NCBI GenBank assembly: GCA_052272805.1
Contig: DAVZJL010000003.1
Location: 9,762 to 73,761 of the forward strand
DNA from: Prevotella sp.
GTDB taxonomy: Bacteria; Bacteroidota; Bacteroidia; Bacteroidales; Bacteroidaceae
Direction: 5' to 3'
DNA length: 64,000 nucleotides
Numbering within the stretch: position 1 is the first letter of the stretch; each line of letters begins with the position of its first letter. Below the pieces are notes generated by a model that did not search any database, was not told the DNA's origin, and was given only the letters and a program-made list of their open reading frames with translations. This document shows positions 30,051-41,709 of the stretch, piece by piece. Both the position numbers and the translations under genes were made by a program.

Positions 30051-30461
30051 TTAATTATCTTTGTCTTCATATTGTCTCTGTCTGCGCCGTATCTCTTCGA
30101 TAAATTCGCTTGTCTGCTGCGGTTGCGCATACGTTATCTTTCCGCAACCGTATTCTATCACGATGTGGCGTGCCGTGAACAGCGTGCCGCGCACCGCACG
30201 TGCCGCGATTATCTCATTGACGCATATCGTCATGCTTTTGCCCAGTCTGCCACGCATGATGACGAGGTCGCCATCAGCGGTGAATGTGTAGGTGGTGTTC
30301 ACCAAACGGTCTACACCTGTCGCGCCAAGCAACAGACACACAAAACCTAACGCAGGAGTAACACCACTGCGCACAAGAAAACACCACAGAGCTACAACTG
30401 CCAACAACACTATCGTTGCTATGCCCTGCAGGCTGACGTTATGATGGAAAGTTCGGTTCAT
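30051..30461 (-). CDS. Membrane protein with bacterial PH-like domain
   Basis: Two TM helices, then a beta-rich TTYTF...FIEEIRRR domain. Confidence 0.6.
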   Translation of the reverse strand: MNRTFHHNVSLQGIATIVLLAVVALWCFLVRSGVTPALGFVCLLLGATGVDRLVNTTYTFTADGDLVIMRGRLGKSMTICVNEIIAARAVRGTLFTARHIVIEYGCGKITYAQPQQTSEFIEEIRRRQRQYEDKDN

Positions 30462-30509
30462 AATGCAAATCTACACTTTTTTTGCGAGACAGGCAAACGA
30501 TAAACAACA

Positions 30510-30553
30510 AAATCGCCTGAGCGTCAATCATTACTGTGACGCTCAGGCGATTT
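30510..30553 (-). terminator. Terminator after cdsA
   Basis: 17-bp stem AAATCGCCTGAGCGTCA/TGACGCTCAGGCGATTT. Confidence 0.8.
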
Positions 30554-30609
30554 AATTCGAGTATCTATCAAATAATGTCTGCTGATTTTTATTAATCGCA
30601 ACTCACGGT

Positions 30610-31479
30610 TTAGAAAATCGTGAGTGTGTACAGATACACCACTGCAGCAGGGAACGCCATCAGCGAAGAGTCGAAACGGTCGAGCATTCCACCGTGACCG
30701 GGCAGGATGTTGCCCGAATCCTTTATGCCGATGGTGCGCTTGAAGAGCGACTCAACAAGGTCACCCCATGTGCCGAAGAACACAACAACGAGACCCAAGC
30801 CCATCCACTGCGGTATGCTGAGAGCCACTTCGGCTGCGCCGTTGTGCAGAGCGGATGTCTCGTAGAAGCCTATGGCTGCTGCCATAGCCAACACGAGGAG
30901 TCCGCCACCGATACTTCCCTCCCAGCTCTTGCCCGGGCTGACACGCGGAAAGAGCTTGTGCTTGCCGAAGAGCGATCCGCTGAGGTAAGCACCCGTGTCA
31001 TTAGTCCAAAGGAAGATAAAGACACTGAGCGGAAGGAGGTAGTTGTACACCACTCCATCGCCCGTAGCACGGAATGCGAGGACGTTGATAGTGGAGAACG
31101 GCAGTGCTATGTACATCTGCGCAAGCATTGTGTACGCCCAGTTGTTTATCGGATTCGGAGCCTTTGTGTACAGCTCGGCGATAAACAGATAGACGATGGT
31201 CAGCAAGTAAGGTATGAACACTGCTGACGGCACGATGCCCGAGCAGTAGCCTGCGATACTGAAGAACAAGTACACGCCAGCAACAGTTGTGATAAGACGG
31301 TTCGTCGTGACGCCCTCTATGTCGTTCACAATGCCCGTAAACTCCCAGATGGTGAGTCCTGTAACCAGTGCGAACAGAAGTATCATCGCCTCCGGACGCA
31401 AGAAGCACGTAACAATGGCTGCCACAAAGAGCACACCGGTGATGGTACGTACAATCAAGTTTTTCATTTTATCGCTCAT
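30610..31479 (-). CDS. cdsA: Phosphatidate cytidylyltransferase
   Basis: Motifs NDTGAY, SPGKSWEG and KRTIGIKDSGNILPGHGGMLDRFDS. Confidence 0.95.
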   Translation of the reverse strand: MSDKMKNLIVRTITGVLFVAAIVTCFLRPEAMILLFALVTGLTIWEFTGIVNDIEGVTTNRLITTVAGVYLFFSIAGYCSGIVPSAVFIPYLLTIVYLFIAELYTKAPNPINNWAYTMLAQMYIALPFSTINVLAFRATGDGVVYNYLLPLSVFIFLWTNDTGAYLSGSLFGKHKLFPRVSPGKSWEGSIGGGLLVLAMAAAIGFYETSALHNGAAEVALSIPQWMGLGLVVVFFGTWGDLVESLFKRTIGIKDSGNILPGHGGMLDRFDSSLMAFPAAVVYLYTLTIF

Positions 31480-31493
31480 AATGCTTACGTTTT

Positions 31494-33569
<2,076 letters not shown>

Positions 33570-33582
33570 ATAATCTTTATTA

Positions 33583-33942
33583 TTAATCGAGGTTCGGTAT
33601 ATTTATAACCTTGGCATCCTCCCAGAGGGTCTCAAGGTTATAGAAGTCGCGTGCTTCAGGTATGAAGATATGCACGATAACGTCAACGAAGTCCATTGCC
33701 ACCCAGTAAGCCTGCGGCAATCCGACGGTGTGTACCGGCTTCTCACCGGCATCGATGCGTGCTGTCTCGCACACAGAATCGGCGATAGCCTCAACCTGCG
33801 AAGGCGAGTTGCCCTGGCAAATCACGAAGTAGTTAGCTATATTGCCGTCGATACCACGGAGGTCGGCGATTGTTATGTCCTGTCCTTTCTTCTCTTGAAT
33901 ACCCTTAACGATGGCTTCTACCAACTTGTCTTTAATTTCCAT
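33583..33942 (-). CDS. rsfS: Ribosome silencing factor
   Basis: Motifs EKKGQDI, YFVICQG, WVAMDF...VHIF and FYNLETLW. Confidence 0.93.
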   Translation of the reverse strand: MEIKDKLVEAIVKGIQEKKGQDITIADLRGIDGNIANYFVICQGNSPSQVEAIADSVCETARIDAGEKPVHTVGLPQAYWVAMDFVDVIVHIFIPEARDFYNLETLWEDAKVINIPNLD

Positions 33943-34046
33943 TTACTATATTCTTGTTTAATTTTATATTCTGTTTATTCAATGATTATATACCATTTAA
34001 TGTGACTACATTATTATATTATTATATATGCGCTTTTTAAGCCGTA

Positions 34047-34054
34047 CAAAGATA
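34047..34054 (-). promoter_or_regulatory. -7 box (TATCTTTG) for rsfS-ftsH-cdsA
   Basis: TAnnTTTG consensus in the AT-rich divergent intergenic region. Confidence 0.5.
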
Positions 34055-34158
34055 CAGCGATTTATCCAAAAAACGACTCAAAACTATAGAAAATGGCTTT
34101 TTATTAGATTTTATTAAAAAAAACTTACGAAAAACATTGCTGTTATAAAAATAATTCG

Positions 34159-34166
34159 TACCTTTG
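34159..34166 (+). promoter_or_regulatory. -7 box (TACCTTTG) for tRNA-Gln pair
   Basis: TAnnTTTG consensus followed by CA. Confidence 0.65.
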
Positions 34167-34200
34167 CACTCGCAATAAGGGAACAAGTTGCAACACATAT

Positions 34201-34271
34201 TGGGATATGGTGTAATGGTAACACTGCAGATTCTGGTCCTGCCTTTCCTGGTTCGAGTCCGGGTATCCCAA
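34201..34271 (+). tRNA. tRNA-Gln (CTG)
   Basis: Acceptor stem TGGGATA/TATCCCA, D-arm GGTGTAATGGTAACAC, anticodon loop TTCTGGT, T-loop GTTCGAGTC. Confidence 0.95.
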
Positions 34272-34340
34272 CCTCATAGCAACATTCTTCTTATAAAGAG
34301 GGATGTTTTTTATTGCAATAAAGTTCCGCTTTTGCAACAT

Positions 34341-34411
34341 TGGGATATGGTGTAATGGTAACACTGCAGATTCTGGTCCTGCCTTTCCTGGTTCGAGTCC
34401 GGGTATCCCAA
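34341..34411 (+). tRNA. tRNA-Gln (CTG), identical second copy
   Basis: Same 71 nt as 34201-34271. Confidence 0.95.
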
Positions 34412-34414
34412 CAC

Positions 34415-34449
34415 AAAGCATTCATCTTTCAAAGGTGGATGCTTTTTTT
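34415..34449 (+). terminator. Terminator after tRNA pair
   Basis: Stem GCATTCATCTTT/AAAGGTGGATGC (with GU pairs) followed by T7. Confidence 0.7.
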
Positions 34450-34573
34450 GTATGCAATAAACACTTCATATTACTTTTTTTACGTAACTTTGCATAAAAT
34501 AGGAGGTATTATGCCTTCTACGAGTAAAACCTATTTAACAGAGTTCAATAGACTTCAGTATATTTATATATAT

Positions 34574-36484
34574 ATGAGCACCGACAACTTGGAATTATTA
34601 GACAAGATACAGTATCCAGAGGACCTCAGACAGTTGCCCGTTGAGCAGCTGCCCGAGCTTTGTGCCGAGTTGCGTCAGGATATCGTGAAGGAATTGTCCG
34701 TCAATCCTGGTCACCTTGCTTCGTCGCTTGGCGTAGTGGAGCTGACTGTAGCGATGCACTATGCGCTAAACACGCCCTACGACCGCATTGTGTGGGATGT
34801 AGGACATCAGGCATACGGACACAAAATCCTCACCGGACGCAAAGACCAGTTCTATACTAACCGCAAATTAGGCGGCATCCGCCCCTTCCCTTCTCCTAAA
34901 GAAAGCGAGTACGACACGTTCACGTGCGGACACGCCTCCAACTCTATCTCGGTGGCGTTGGGCATGGCTGTGGCTGCGCATAAGAATAATGAGACCAACC
35001 GACATGTGGTTGCCGTCATTGGCGACGGAGCGATGTCGGGCGGATTGGCGTTTGAGGGTTTGAACAACGTGTCGTCGTCGCCCAACGATCTGCTTATCAT
35101 CCTCAACGACAACGACATGAGTATCGACAGAGCAGTGGGCGGCATGGAGAAATATCTACTGAACCTCGACACGAACGCCACGTATAATCGTCTGCGCGAC
35201 CGTGCGTCGAAGTGGCTGCACTCGAAAGGCTATCTCAACGACGACCGCCGCAAGGGGCTCATTCGCCTGAACAACGCAATCAAGTCGGCACTTGCTCATC
35301 AGCAGAACATCTTTGAGGGCATGAACATACGCTACTTTGGTCCGTTCGACGGCAACGACGTAGTGGAACTGGTGCGCATACTCAACCAGTTGAAGGACAT
35401 GCGCGGACCGAAGCTTCTGCATCTGCACACCGTAAAGGGCAAGGGATACAAGCCCGCCGAGGAGGCGGCTACGATATGGCACGCGCCAGGTAAGTTCGAC
35501 CCCGACACGGGCGAACGCCTAACGGGCGACACCTCGCAGCAACCGCTACGCTATCAGGATGTATTCGGGCGCACACTTGTCGAACTGGCGAAGCAGAACC
35601 CGAAGATAGTGGGCGTTACGCCAGCTATGCCTACGGGTTGCTCGCTCGACATTATGATGCAGGAGATGCCCGACCGTGCCTTCGACGTAGGTATCGCTGA
35701 AGGTCATGCCGTGACGTTCTCTGCCGGAATGGCTAAGGACGGTCTGTTGCCGTTCTGCAACATATATAGTGCGTTTGCGCAGCGTGCATACGACAACATC
35801 GTGCACGACGCTGCCATCCTAAATCTGCCGTTAGTGTTGTGCTTCGACCGTGCCGGACTCGTCGGCGAGGACGGAGCCACGCACCATGGCGTGCTCGACA
35901 TCGCTGCATTGCGCCCCGTGCCCAACCTCACGCTATGCTCGCCAATGGACGAGTGCGAGTTGCGCCGTATGATGTACACAGCCCAACTGCCCGACAAGGG
36001 GACTGTCGTGATACGCTATCCGCGTGGCAGAGGCGTGCGCCGCGACGACTGGCAGTGCGCACTGGAGGAGATACCCGTTGGCAAGGGGCGCTGCATACGC
36101 GAAGGCGACGACGTGGCAGTGCTCAGCTACGGTCCCATCGGCAACGATGTGGAGAAGGCTGTCGAGCAGCTCAAGGCTGAGGGGTGCACAACAAGCGTGG
36201 CTCACTACGACATGCGCTTCTGCAAACCGCTCGACGAGGAACTCCTGCAGAGCATCGCGGCGAAATTCAAGCGCATCATCACCATTGAGGACGCGCAGCG
36301 CACGGGCGGCTTCGGCTCGGCAGTGCTCGAATGGATGAGCGACAACGACAAACCAGTAAAGGTGGTGCGCATGGGCATACCCGACCGCTTCATAGAGCAC
36401 GGCACCGTGCCGGAGCTGCACCACATTGCAGGCATCGACGTAGAAGCTATCAAGGCACGAATAAAGGATGGTGAGGTTTGTTGA
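34574..36484 (+). CDS. dxs: 1-deoxy-D-xylulose-5-phosphate synthase
   Basis: Motifs [30 protein letters not shown] and [18 protein letters not shown] box at 34485-34492. Confidence 0.96.
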   Translation: MSTDNLELLDKIQYPEDLRQLPVEQLPELCAELRQDIVKELSVNPGHLASSLGVVELTVAMHYALNTPYDRIVWDVGHQAYGHKILTGRKDQFYTNRKLGGIRPFPSPKESEYDTFTCGHASNSISVALGMAVAAHKNNETNRHVVAVIGDGAMSGGLAFEGLNNVSSSPNDLLIILNDNDMSIDRAVGGMEKYLLNLDTNATYNRLRDRASKWLHSKGYLNDDRRKGLIRLNNAIKSALAHQQNIFEGMNIRYFGPFDGNDVVELVRILNQLKDMRGPKLLHLHTVKGKGYKPAEEAATIWHAPGKFDPDTGERLTGDTSQQPLRYQDVFGRTLVELAKQNPKIVGVTPAMPTGCSLDIMMQEMPDRAFDVGIAEGHAVTFSAGMAKDGLLPFCNIYSAFAQRAYDNIVHDAAILNLPLVLCFDRAGLVGEDGATHHGVLDIAALRPVPNLTLCSPMDECELRRMMYTAQLPDKGTVVIRYPRGRGVRRDDWQCALEEIPVGKGRCIREGDDVAVLSYGPIGNDVEKAVEQLKAEGCTTSVAHYDMRFCKPLDEELLQSIAAKFKRIITIEDAQRTGGFGSAVLEWMSDNDKPVKVVRMGIPDRFIEHGTVPELHHIAGIDVEAIKARIKDGEVC

Positions 36485-36678
36485 GTTGTTATGTTGAGAT
36501 GTTGTAGTGTTGACATATGCATTTGTCACCATCTCAACACCTCAACACCTCAACATCTCAACACCATATTACACGTTGGTGCACTTGAGACAAGTGCACC
36601 CCCTTAGAGGCAACATCTCAACATCTCAACATTTCAACATCTCAACATTTCAACATCTCAACATTTCAACATCTCAAC
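36470..36678. repeat. Inverted 8-mer array (CATCTCAA)n with nested 30-bp GGTGCAC palindrome
   Basis: Core shared with 24191-24224; nested palindrome at 36575-36604. Confidence 0.85.
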
Positions 36679-38022
36679 ATGAAAATCATTATATCCGGCG
36701 CTTACGCCATCGGCTGTCACCTCGCACGACTGCTCTCGCGCGAACACGAGGACATTGTCGTTATGGACACCGACGAGGAGCGCTTCTCACATATCGGTTC
36801 GGACGTAGACATCCTCACCATGGAGGCATCGTCAACAAGCATCGAGGCATTGAAGAATGCGGGTGCGGAGAAAGCCGACTTGTTCATTGCCGTGACACCC
36901 GACGAGAGCAAGAACATGAACTCGTGTGTGCTGGCAAAGGCGTTGGGCACAAAGAAGACCGTGGCAAAGATTGACAACGCCGAATACATCGCACCCGACC
37001 TGCAGGAGTTCTTCTCGCAGCTCGGCGTGAGCAAACTCATCTATCCGGAGATGCTTGCAGCCACCGACATCAACAACGGACTGAAGATGTCGTGGGTGCG
37101 CCAGCGTTGGGACGTGCACGGCGGAGCATTGGTGATGCTCGGCGTGAAGCTGCGCGAGACATGCACCATCCTCGACCGACCGATGCGCGAGATATGCGGA
37201 CCGGAGGACCCGTTCCACATCGTAGCCATAAAGCGCGGTGACGACACCATCATCCCTGGCGGTAACGACTGCCTGCAGATGTACGACCTTGCTTACTTTA
37301 TGACTACCAAGCAGTACATACCCTACGTTCGTAAGATTGTGGGCAAGGAGCACTACGTCGACGTGAAGAACGTAATGATAATGGGTGGCGGAGCGACAGC
37401 GGTGCGCACGGTGAAGACCATGCCGTCGTACATGGACGTAAAGATTATCGAGACCGACGAGCAGCGCTGCGAACGTCTCAACTCGCTACTCGAAGACGAG
37501 AAGGCACTCATCATCAACGGCGACGGACGCGACCTCTCGCTGCTCATCGAGGAGGGCATAAAGAACACGCAGGCTTTCGTGGCTCTCACAGGCAATGCCG
37601 AGACCAACATCCTCGCCTGCCTCACGGCGAAGCGCATGGGTGTGCGCAAGACGGTGGCTATGGTGGAGAACATTGACTACGTGAGCATGGCGGAGAGCTT
37701 GGACATCGGCACCATCATCAACAAGAAGTCGATAGCTGCGAGCCACATCTATCAGATGATGCTCGATGCCAACGTGCACAACGTGCGCTTCCTGATGACC
37801 GCCAACGCCGACGTAGCGGAGTTCATACCGTCGGAAGGTTCGAAGATTACGCAGAAGCCCGTTAAGGACCTCGGCTTGCCTGTAGGCATGACCATCGGTG
37901 GACTGGTGCGCGACGGCGTAGGTCTGCTCGTGTCGGGTAACACGATGATACAACCCGGCGACTCTGTTATGGTGTTCTGCCACAACGTCAACATGAAGAA
38001 AATAGAGAAGTTCTTTCTGTAA
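36679..38022 (+). CDS. trkA: Trk potassium uptake system NAD-binding subunit
   Basis: Two RCK_N/RCK_C pairs (KIIISGAYAIG; VMIMGGG); 447 aa. Confidence 0.93.
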   Translation: MKIIISGAYAIGCHLARLLSREHEDIVVMDTDEERFSHIGSDVDILTMEASSTSIEALKNAGAEKADLFIAVTPDESKNMNSCVLAKALGTKKTVAKIDNAEYIAPDLQEFFSQLGVSKLIYPEMLAATDINNGLKMSWVRQRWDVHGGALVMLGVKLRETCTILDRPMREICGPEDPFHIVAIKRGDDTIIPGGNDCLQMYDLAYFMTTKQYIPYVRKIVGKEHYVDVKNVMIMGGGATAVRTVKTMPSYMDVKIIETDEQRCERLNSLLEDEKALIINGDGRDLSLLIEEGIKNTQAFVALTGNAETNILACLTAKRMGVRKTVAMVENIDYVSMAESLDIGTIINKKSIAASHIYQMMLDANVHNVRFLMTANADVAEFIPSEGSKITQKPVKDLGLPVGMTIGGLVRDGVGLLVSGNTMIQPGDSVMVFCHNVNMKKIEKFFL

Positions 38023-39473
38023 TGATAAACCTCAAGCTTTTATATAAAATCATTGGTTCGCTGCTCTTCATCGAGACAACGATGTTCCTCGTGTGCCTTG
38101 GTGTCGCCATAGGCTACGAGGAGGAGGACGTGTTTCCGTTCGCTTGTTCAGTCATTATCTCTGCAAGCGCCGGTCTCACGATGCGTCTGCTTGGACGCAA
38201 ATGCGACAACTCGCTCTCGCGTCGCGACGCCTATCTCGTAGTGACGCTCACCTGGGTAGTGTTCTCGCTCTTCGGCACACTACCCTTCCTCATAGGCGGC
38301 TACCTGCCGTCGTTCACCGACGCATTCTTCGAGACGATGTCGGGCTTCACCACCACCGGTGCCACCATCATCGATGATGTCTCCACAATGCCTCACGGCA
38401 TTCTGTTCTGGCGTTCGTTTATGCAGTGGATTGGCGGTTTAGGTATTGTGTTCTTCACCATCGCCCTTCTGCCCTCGTTTGTGGGCGGAAGCGTGAAGGT
38501 GTTCGCAGCCGAAGCCACGGGCCCCATCAAGACCAAGCTGCACCCACGCCTCAGCACCAACGCCAAGTGGATATGGGTGGTCTACCTCTGCATCACACTG
38601 CTCTGCATCGGCTCGCTGCTGCTTGCCGGCATGACACCGTTCCGCAGCATCAACTACAGTATGTCGTCGGCGGCAACGGGTGGCTTCGCGGTAGACAGCG
38701 ACTACTCGGTGTTCACGCCTGCCGTGCAGTACATACTCACTTTCTTCTGCTTCGTATCGGGTGCCAACTTCACCTTATTATATATAACGGTCTCGAAGCG
38801 AAAGATTTCCACCCTGCTCAAGAGTGCCGAGTGCCGTCTGTACCTCTCCATGGTATTGGGCTGCGCCGCTTTCATCGCCTTCGAGCTGATGTGGAAGAAC
38901 AACTATGCGCTGGAACCTGCCGTGCGCAGCAGTCTGTTCCATGTCGTATCGTTCATAACCAGTACGGGTCTGTTGGCTGACGACCCGGCGAAGTGGGCGC
39001 ACGTGACGTGGGTGGTACTCGCCGTGTGTATGTTCCTCGGAGCCTGCTCGGGTTCAACGGGCGGTGGATTCAAGTGCATCCGTGGCGTGATGTTGCTGAA
39101 GGTGATAAAGAACGAGTTCCGCCAGATGCTTCACCCAAACGCCGTTCTGCCTATAAAGATTGACGGCATGAACGTACCTCAGAGCAAGCGTGTCACGTTG
39201 TTGGCATTTCTCACGAGCTATCTTATCCTGTGCCTCGTCTGCTCGTTCTCGATGATTGCCATGGGCATCGACAACACCAACGCCATCACCATCACGCTCA
39301 GTACGCTGAGCAACGTGGGTCCGACGCTCGGCTTGGAGATTGGTCCGACGATGTCGTGGAGCATACTGCCCGATGCCGCGAAGTGGATATGCTCAGTACT
39401 GATGCTCATCGGCCGTCTTGAGATATTCACAGTCCTCGTCATATTCACTCCGCAGTTCTGGAAGGAGAACTAA
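38022..39473 (+). CDS. trkH: Trk potassium uptake membrane subunit
   Basis: Motifs FETMSGFTTTGAT, QWIGGLG, GSTGGG and MLIGRLE. Confidence 0.93.
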   Translation: MINLKLLYKIIGSLLFIETTMFLVCLGVAIGYEEEDVFPFACSVIISASAGLTMRLLGRKCDNSLSRRDAYLVVTLTWVVFSLFGTLPFLIGGYLPSFTDAFFETMSGFTTTGATIIDDVSTMPHGILFWRSFMQWIGGLGIVFFTIALLPSFVGGSVKVFAAEATGPIKTKLHPRLSTNAKWIWVVYLCITLLCIGSLLLAGMTPFRSINYSMSSAATGGFAVDSDYSVFTPAVQYILTFFCFVSGANFTLLYITVSKRKISTLLKSAECRLYLSMVLGCAAFIAFELMWKNNYALEPAVRSSLFHVVSFITSTGLLADDPAKWAHVTWVVLAVCMFLGACSGSTGGGFKCIRGVMLLKVIKNEFRQMLHPNAVLPIKIDGMNVPQSKRVTLLAFLTSYLILCLVCSFSMIAMGIDNTNAITITLSTLSNVGPTLGLEIGPTMSWSILPDAAKWICSVLMLIGRLEIFTVLVIFTPQFWKEN

Positions 39474-39536
39474 AACAGAAGTTCTGAAGAAGAATCAAGC
39501 CGTAATATCAGTCAATCTGAAACCTATATTCTTATA

Positions 39537-39662
39537 ATAAGTCATCGTACTCCGTACGCAATCTGACCGGACGGCGGACGCAATCTGATCGGACAGCGAA
39601 CGCAATCCGATTGGGCGGCGTACGCAATCCAATCGGGCGGCGTACGGAGCACGATGACTTAT
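39537..39662. mobile_element. MITE-like element: 22-bp terminal inverted repeats enclosing four 22-bp tandem units
   Basis: ATAAGTCATCGTACTCCGTACG / CGTACGGAGCACGATGACTTAT (1 mismatch); internal units CG[T/G/A]ACGCAATC. Confidence 0.55.
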
Positions 39663-39753
39663 GCAATATCTGCAAGCCCCTTCTTTTGTACTTTTATTTG
39701 GGTTTGTTTAATATTTTCGGTGTCTTTTGCTTGCTTCAAATTGCCATTTTTGC

Positions 39754-39761
39754 TATATTTG
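39754..39761 (+). promoter_or_regulatory. -7 box (TATATTTG) for hut operon
   Basis: TAnnTTTG followed by CA, about 60 nt before the ATG. Confidence 0.55.
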
Positions 39762-39823
39762 CAACCGTATCATTGATACTTTTGCATTAAAACAAATTTA
39801 CTACTAACATAACATCTTACACT

Positions 39824-41530
39824 ATGGCAAAGACAAAGCAGATTGTAGAGTGTGTGCCTAACTTCAGCGAGGGCCGCGACATGAACGTTATTCGTCAGAT
39901 TACTGACGTAGTAGAAAGCGTTAAGGGTGTGAAGTTGCTCGACGTAGACCCAGGCGAAGCAACCAACCGCACAGTCGTAACCTTCGTTGGCGAACCCGAC
40001 GACGTGGTGGAGGCTGCTTTCAGAGCAGTGGGCAAAGCCGCTCAACTCATAGATATGCGTCAGCATCACGGTGCGCATCCACGTATCGGTGCCACCGACG
40101 TGCTGCCAATCGTTCCCGTGAGCGGCATCACGCTTGAGGAGTGCGCTGAGATTTCGCGCCAGCTCGCCAAGCGCATCGCCGACGAACTCAATATTCCGTG
40201 CTATTGCTACGAGGCTGCGGCGTTCAAGCCGGAGCGCAAGAACCTCGCCGTGTGCCGTAAGGGCGAATACGAGGGCATCGCCGAGCGCATCGACGATGAT
40301 GCTGAGGCACCCGACTTCGGCAGACGACCGTTCGACGAGCAAGTGGCTCGCACGGGCTGCACCGTCGTAGGAGCACGCGACTTCCTCATCGCCGTCAACT
40401 TCAACCTCAACACTACGTCTACACGCCGCGCCAACGCCATTGCGTTCGACGTGCGCGAGAAGGGTCGCCCGATGCGCGAGGGCAACCCAATCACCGGCAA
40501 GAAGCTCTGCTACGCCGACGGCACGCCTATCATGAAGCCCGGCACGCTGAAGTGTACGAAGGCTATCGGCTGGTTCATCGACGAATACGGCATCGCTCAG
40601 GTGTCGATGAACATCACCAATATCAATGTAACACCGCTGCACAAGGCGTTCGACGAGGTGTGCCGCTGCGCACAGAACCGCGGCATACGCGTCACGGGCA
40701 CCGAGATTGTGGGCCTCGTACCTGAGCGCACTCTGCTCGAAGCCGGTCGCTACTTCCTCGCTAAGCAGCAGCGCTCGGCAGGCATACCGAAAAAGGACAT
40801 TCTCGACATCGCCATCAAGTCGCTCGGACTCTCCGACCTCAAGGAGTTCAAGCCCGAGGAGAAGATTATAGAATACGTTATGGCGGCTGGCGCAGAGAAA
40901 CAGAACCTGCTCGTAGACCTCACCGTGAAAGGCTTCGCCGAGGAGACATCGCGCGAGAGTCCGGCTCCTGGCGGTGGTTCGGTATCGGCATACATGGGCG
41001 CGTTGGGTGCATCGTTAGCAACGATGGTGGCAAACCTGTCGAGCCACAAGCCGGGATGGGACGAGCAGTGGAGCGAGTTCGCTGCCGTTGCAGAGGAAGG
41101 CATGGCTCTGCAGGAGCGTCTGCTCCATCTCGTAGACGAGGACACAGAGGCGTTCAACCGCATCATGGCTGCCTTCGGTATGCCGAAGAACACGCCTGAG
41201 GAGAAGACTGCACGCTCGGAGGCTATACAGGTAGCTACGCTCTTTGCTACGGAGGTGCCACTGGAGACGATGAAGGCGTCGTTCGAGGTGTTCGCTGTTT
41301 GCCGCAAGATGGTGGAGAAGGGCAATCCGAACAGCGTGTCGGATGCTGGCGTGGGCGCATTGGCTGCTCGTGCTGCTGTGCTCGGTGCAGGCATGAACGT
41401 GAAGATCAACGCCGGCTCGCTGAAGGATCGCGAGAAGGCTGAAGCGCTCATCGCCGAGGCTAACCAGCTCATCGAAAAGGCTAACTGCGAAGAGGCAGAG
41501 ATTACAAAGCTCGTTGAAGAGAAGCTATAG
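39824..41530 (+). CDS. ftcD: Glutamate formiminotransferase / formiminotetrahydrofolate cyclodeaminase (fused)
   Basis: N-terminal ECVPNFSEGR, HHGAHPRIGATDV and QVSMN; C-terminal cyclodeaminase SPAPGGGSVSA and NPNSVSDAGV. Confidence 0.92.
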   Translation: MAKTKQIVECVPNFSEGRDMNVIRQITDVVESVKGVKLLDVDPGEATNRTVVTFVGEPDDVVEAAFRAVGKAAQLIDMRQHHGAHPRIGATDVLPIVPVSGITLEECAEISRQLAKRIADELNIPCYCYEAAAFKPERKNLAVCRKGEYEGIAERIDDDAEAPDFGRRPFDEQVARTGCTVVGARDFLIAVNFNLNTTSTRRANAIAFDVREKGRPMREGNPITGKKLCYADGTPIMKPGTLKCTKAIGWFIDEYGIAQVSMNITNINVTPLHKAFDEVCRCAQNRGIRVTGTEIVGLVPERTLLEAGRYFLAKQQRSAGIPKKDILDIAIKSLGLSDLKEFKPEEKIIEYVMAAGAEKQNLLVDLTVKGFAEETSRESPAPGGGSVSAYMGALGASLATMVANLSSHKPGWDEQWSEFAAVAEEGMALQERLLHLVDEDTEAFNRIMAAFGMPKNTPEEKTARSEAIQVATLFATEVPLETMKASFEVFAVCRKMVEKGNPNSVSDAGVGALAARAAVLGAGMNVKINAGSLKDREKAEALIAEANQLIEKANCEEAEITKLVEEKL

Positions 41531-41695
41531 CCCCTCCCCGCCCTCCCCATCGGGGAGGGAGAACTGGCTGCGAAACAACTAACCATACCCCAACTCACAC
41601 CACCCTCCCCGACGGGGAGGGAGAGCAGGCTGCGAAACAACTAACCATACCCCAACTCAGCCCCCTCCCCGACGGGGAGGGATGGGGAGGGGCTT
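41531..41695. repeat. REP-like cluster: three CCCTCCCC-N3-GGGGAGGG hairpins with duplicated linker
   Basis: Linker GGCTGCGAAACAACTAACCATACCCCAACTCA occurs twice; outer inverted repeat GCCCCTCCCC/GGGGAGGGGC. Confidence 0.85.
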
Positions 41696-41709
41696 TTAAA
41701 CCTAATAAT

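Noticed and set aside
34226..34242. A-C mismatch in the tRNA-Gln anticodon stem
   Set aside because: Present in both identical copies and the rest of the cloverleaf is normal; not a pseudogene sign.
34340..34573. N-terminal extension of dxs in the ORF track
   Set aside because: Overlaps tRNA-Gln, a terminator and a promoter box; ATG 34574 fits Dxs.
41531..41695. CRISPR-like array
   Set aside because: Linkers are nearly identical; hairpin family also occurs at 457-487.
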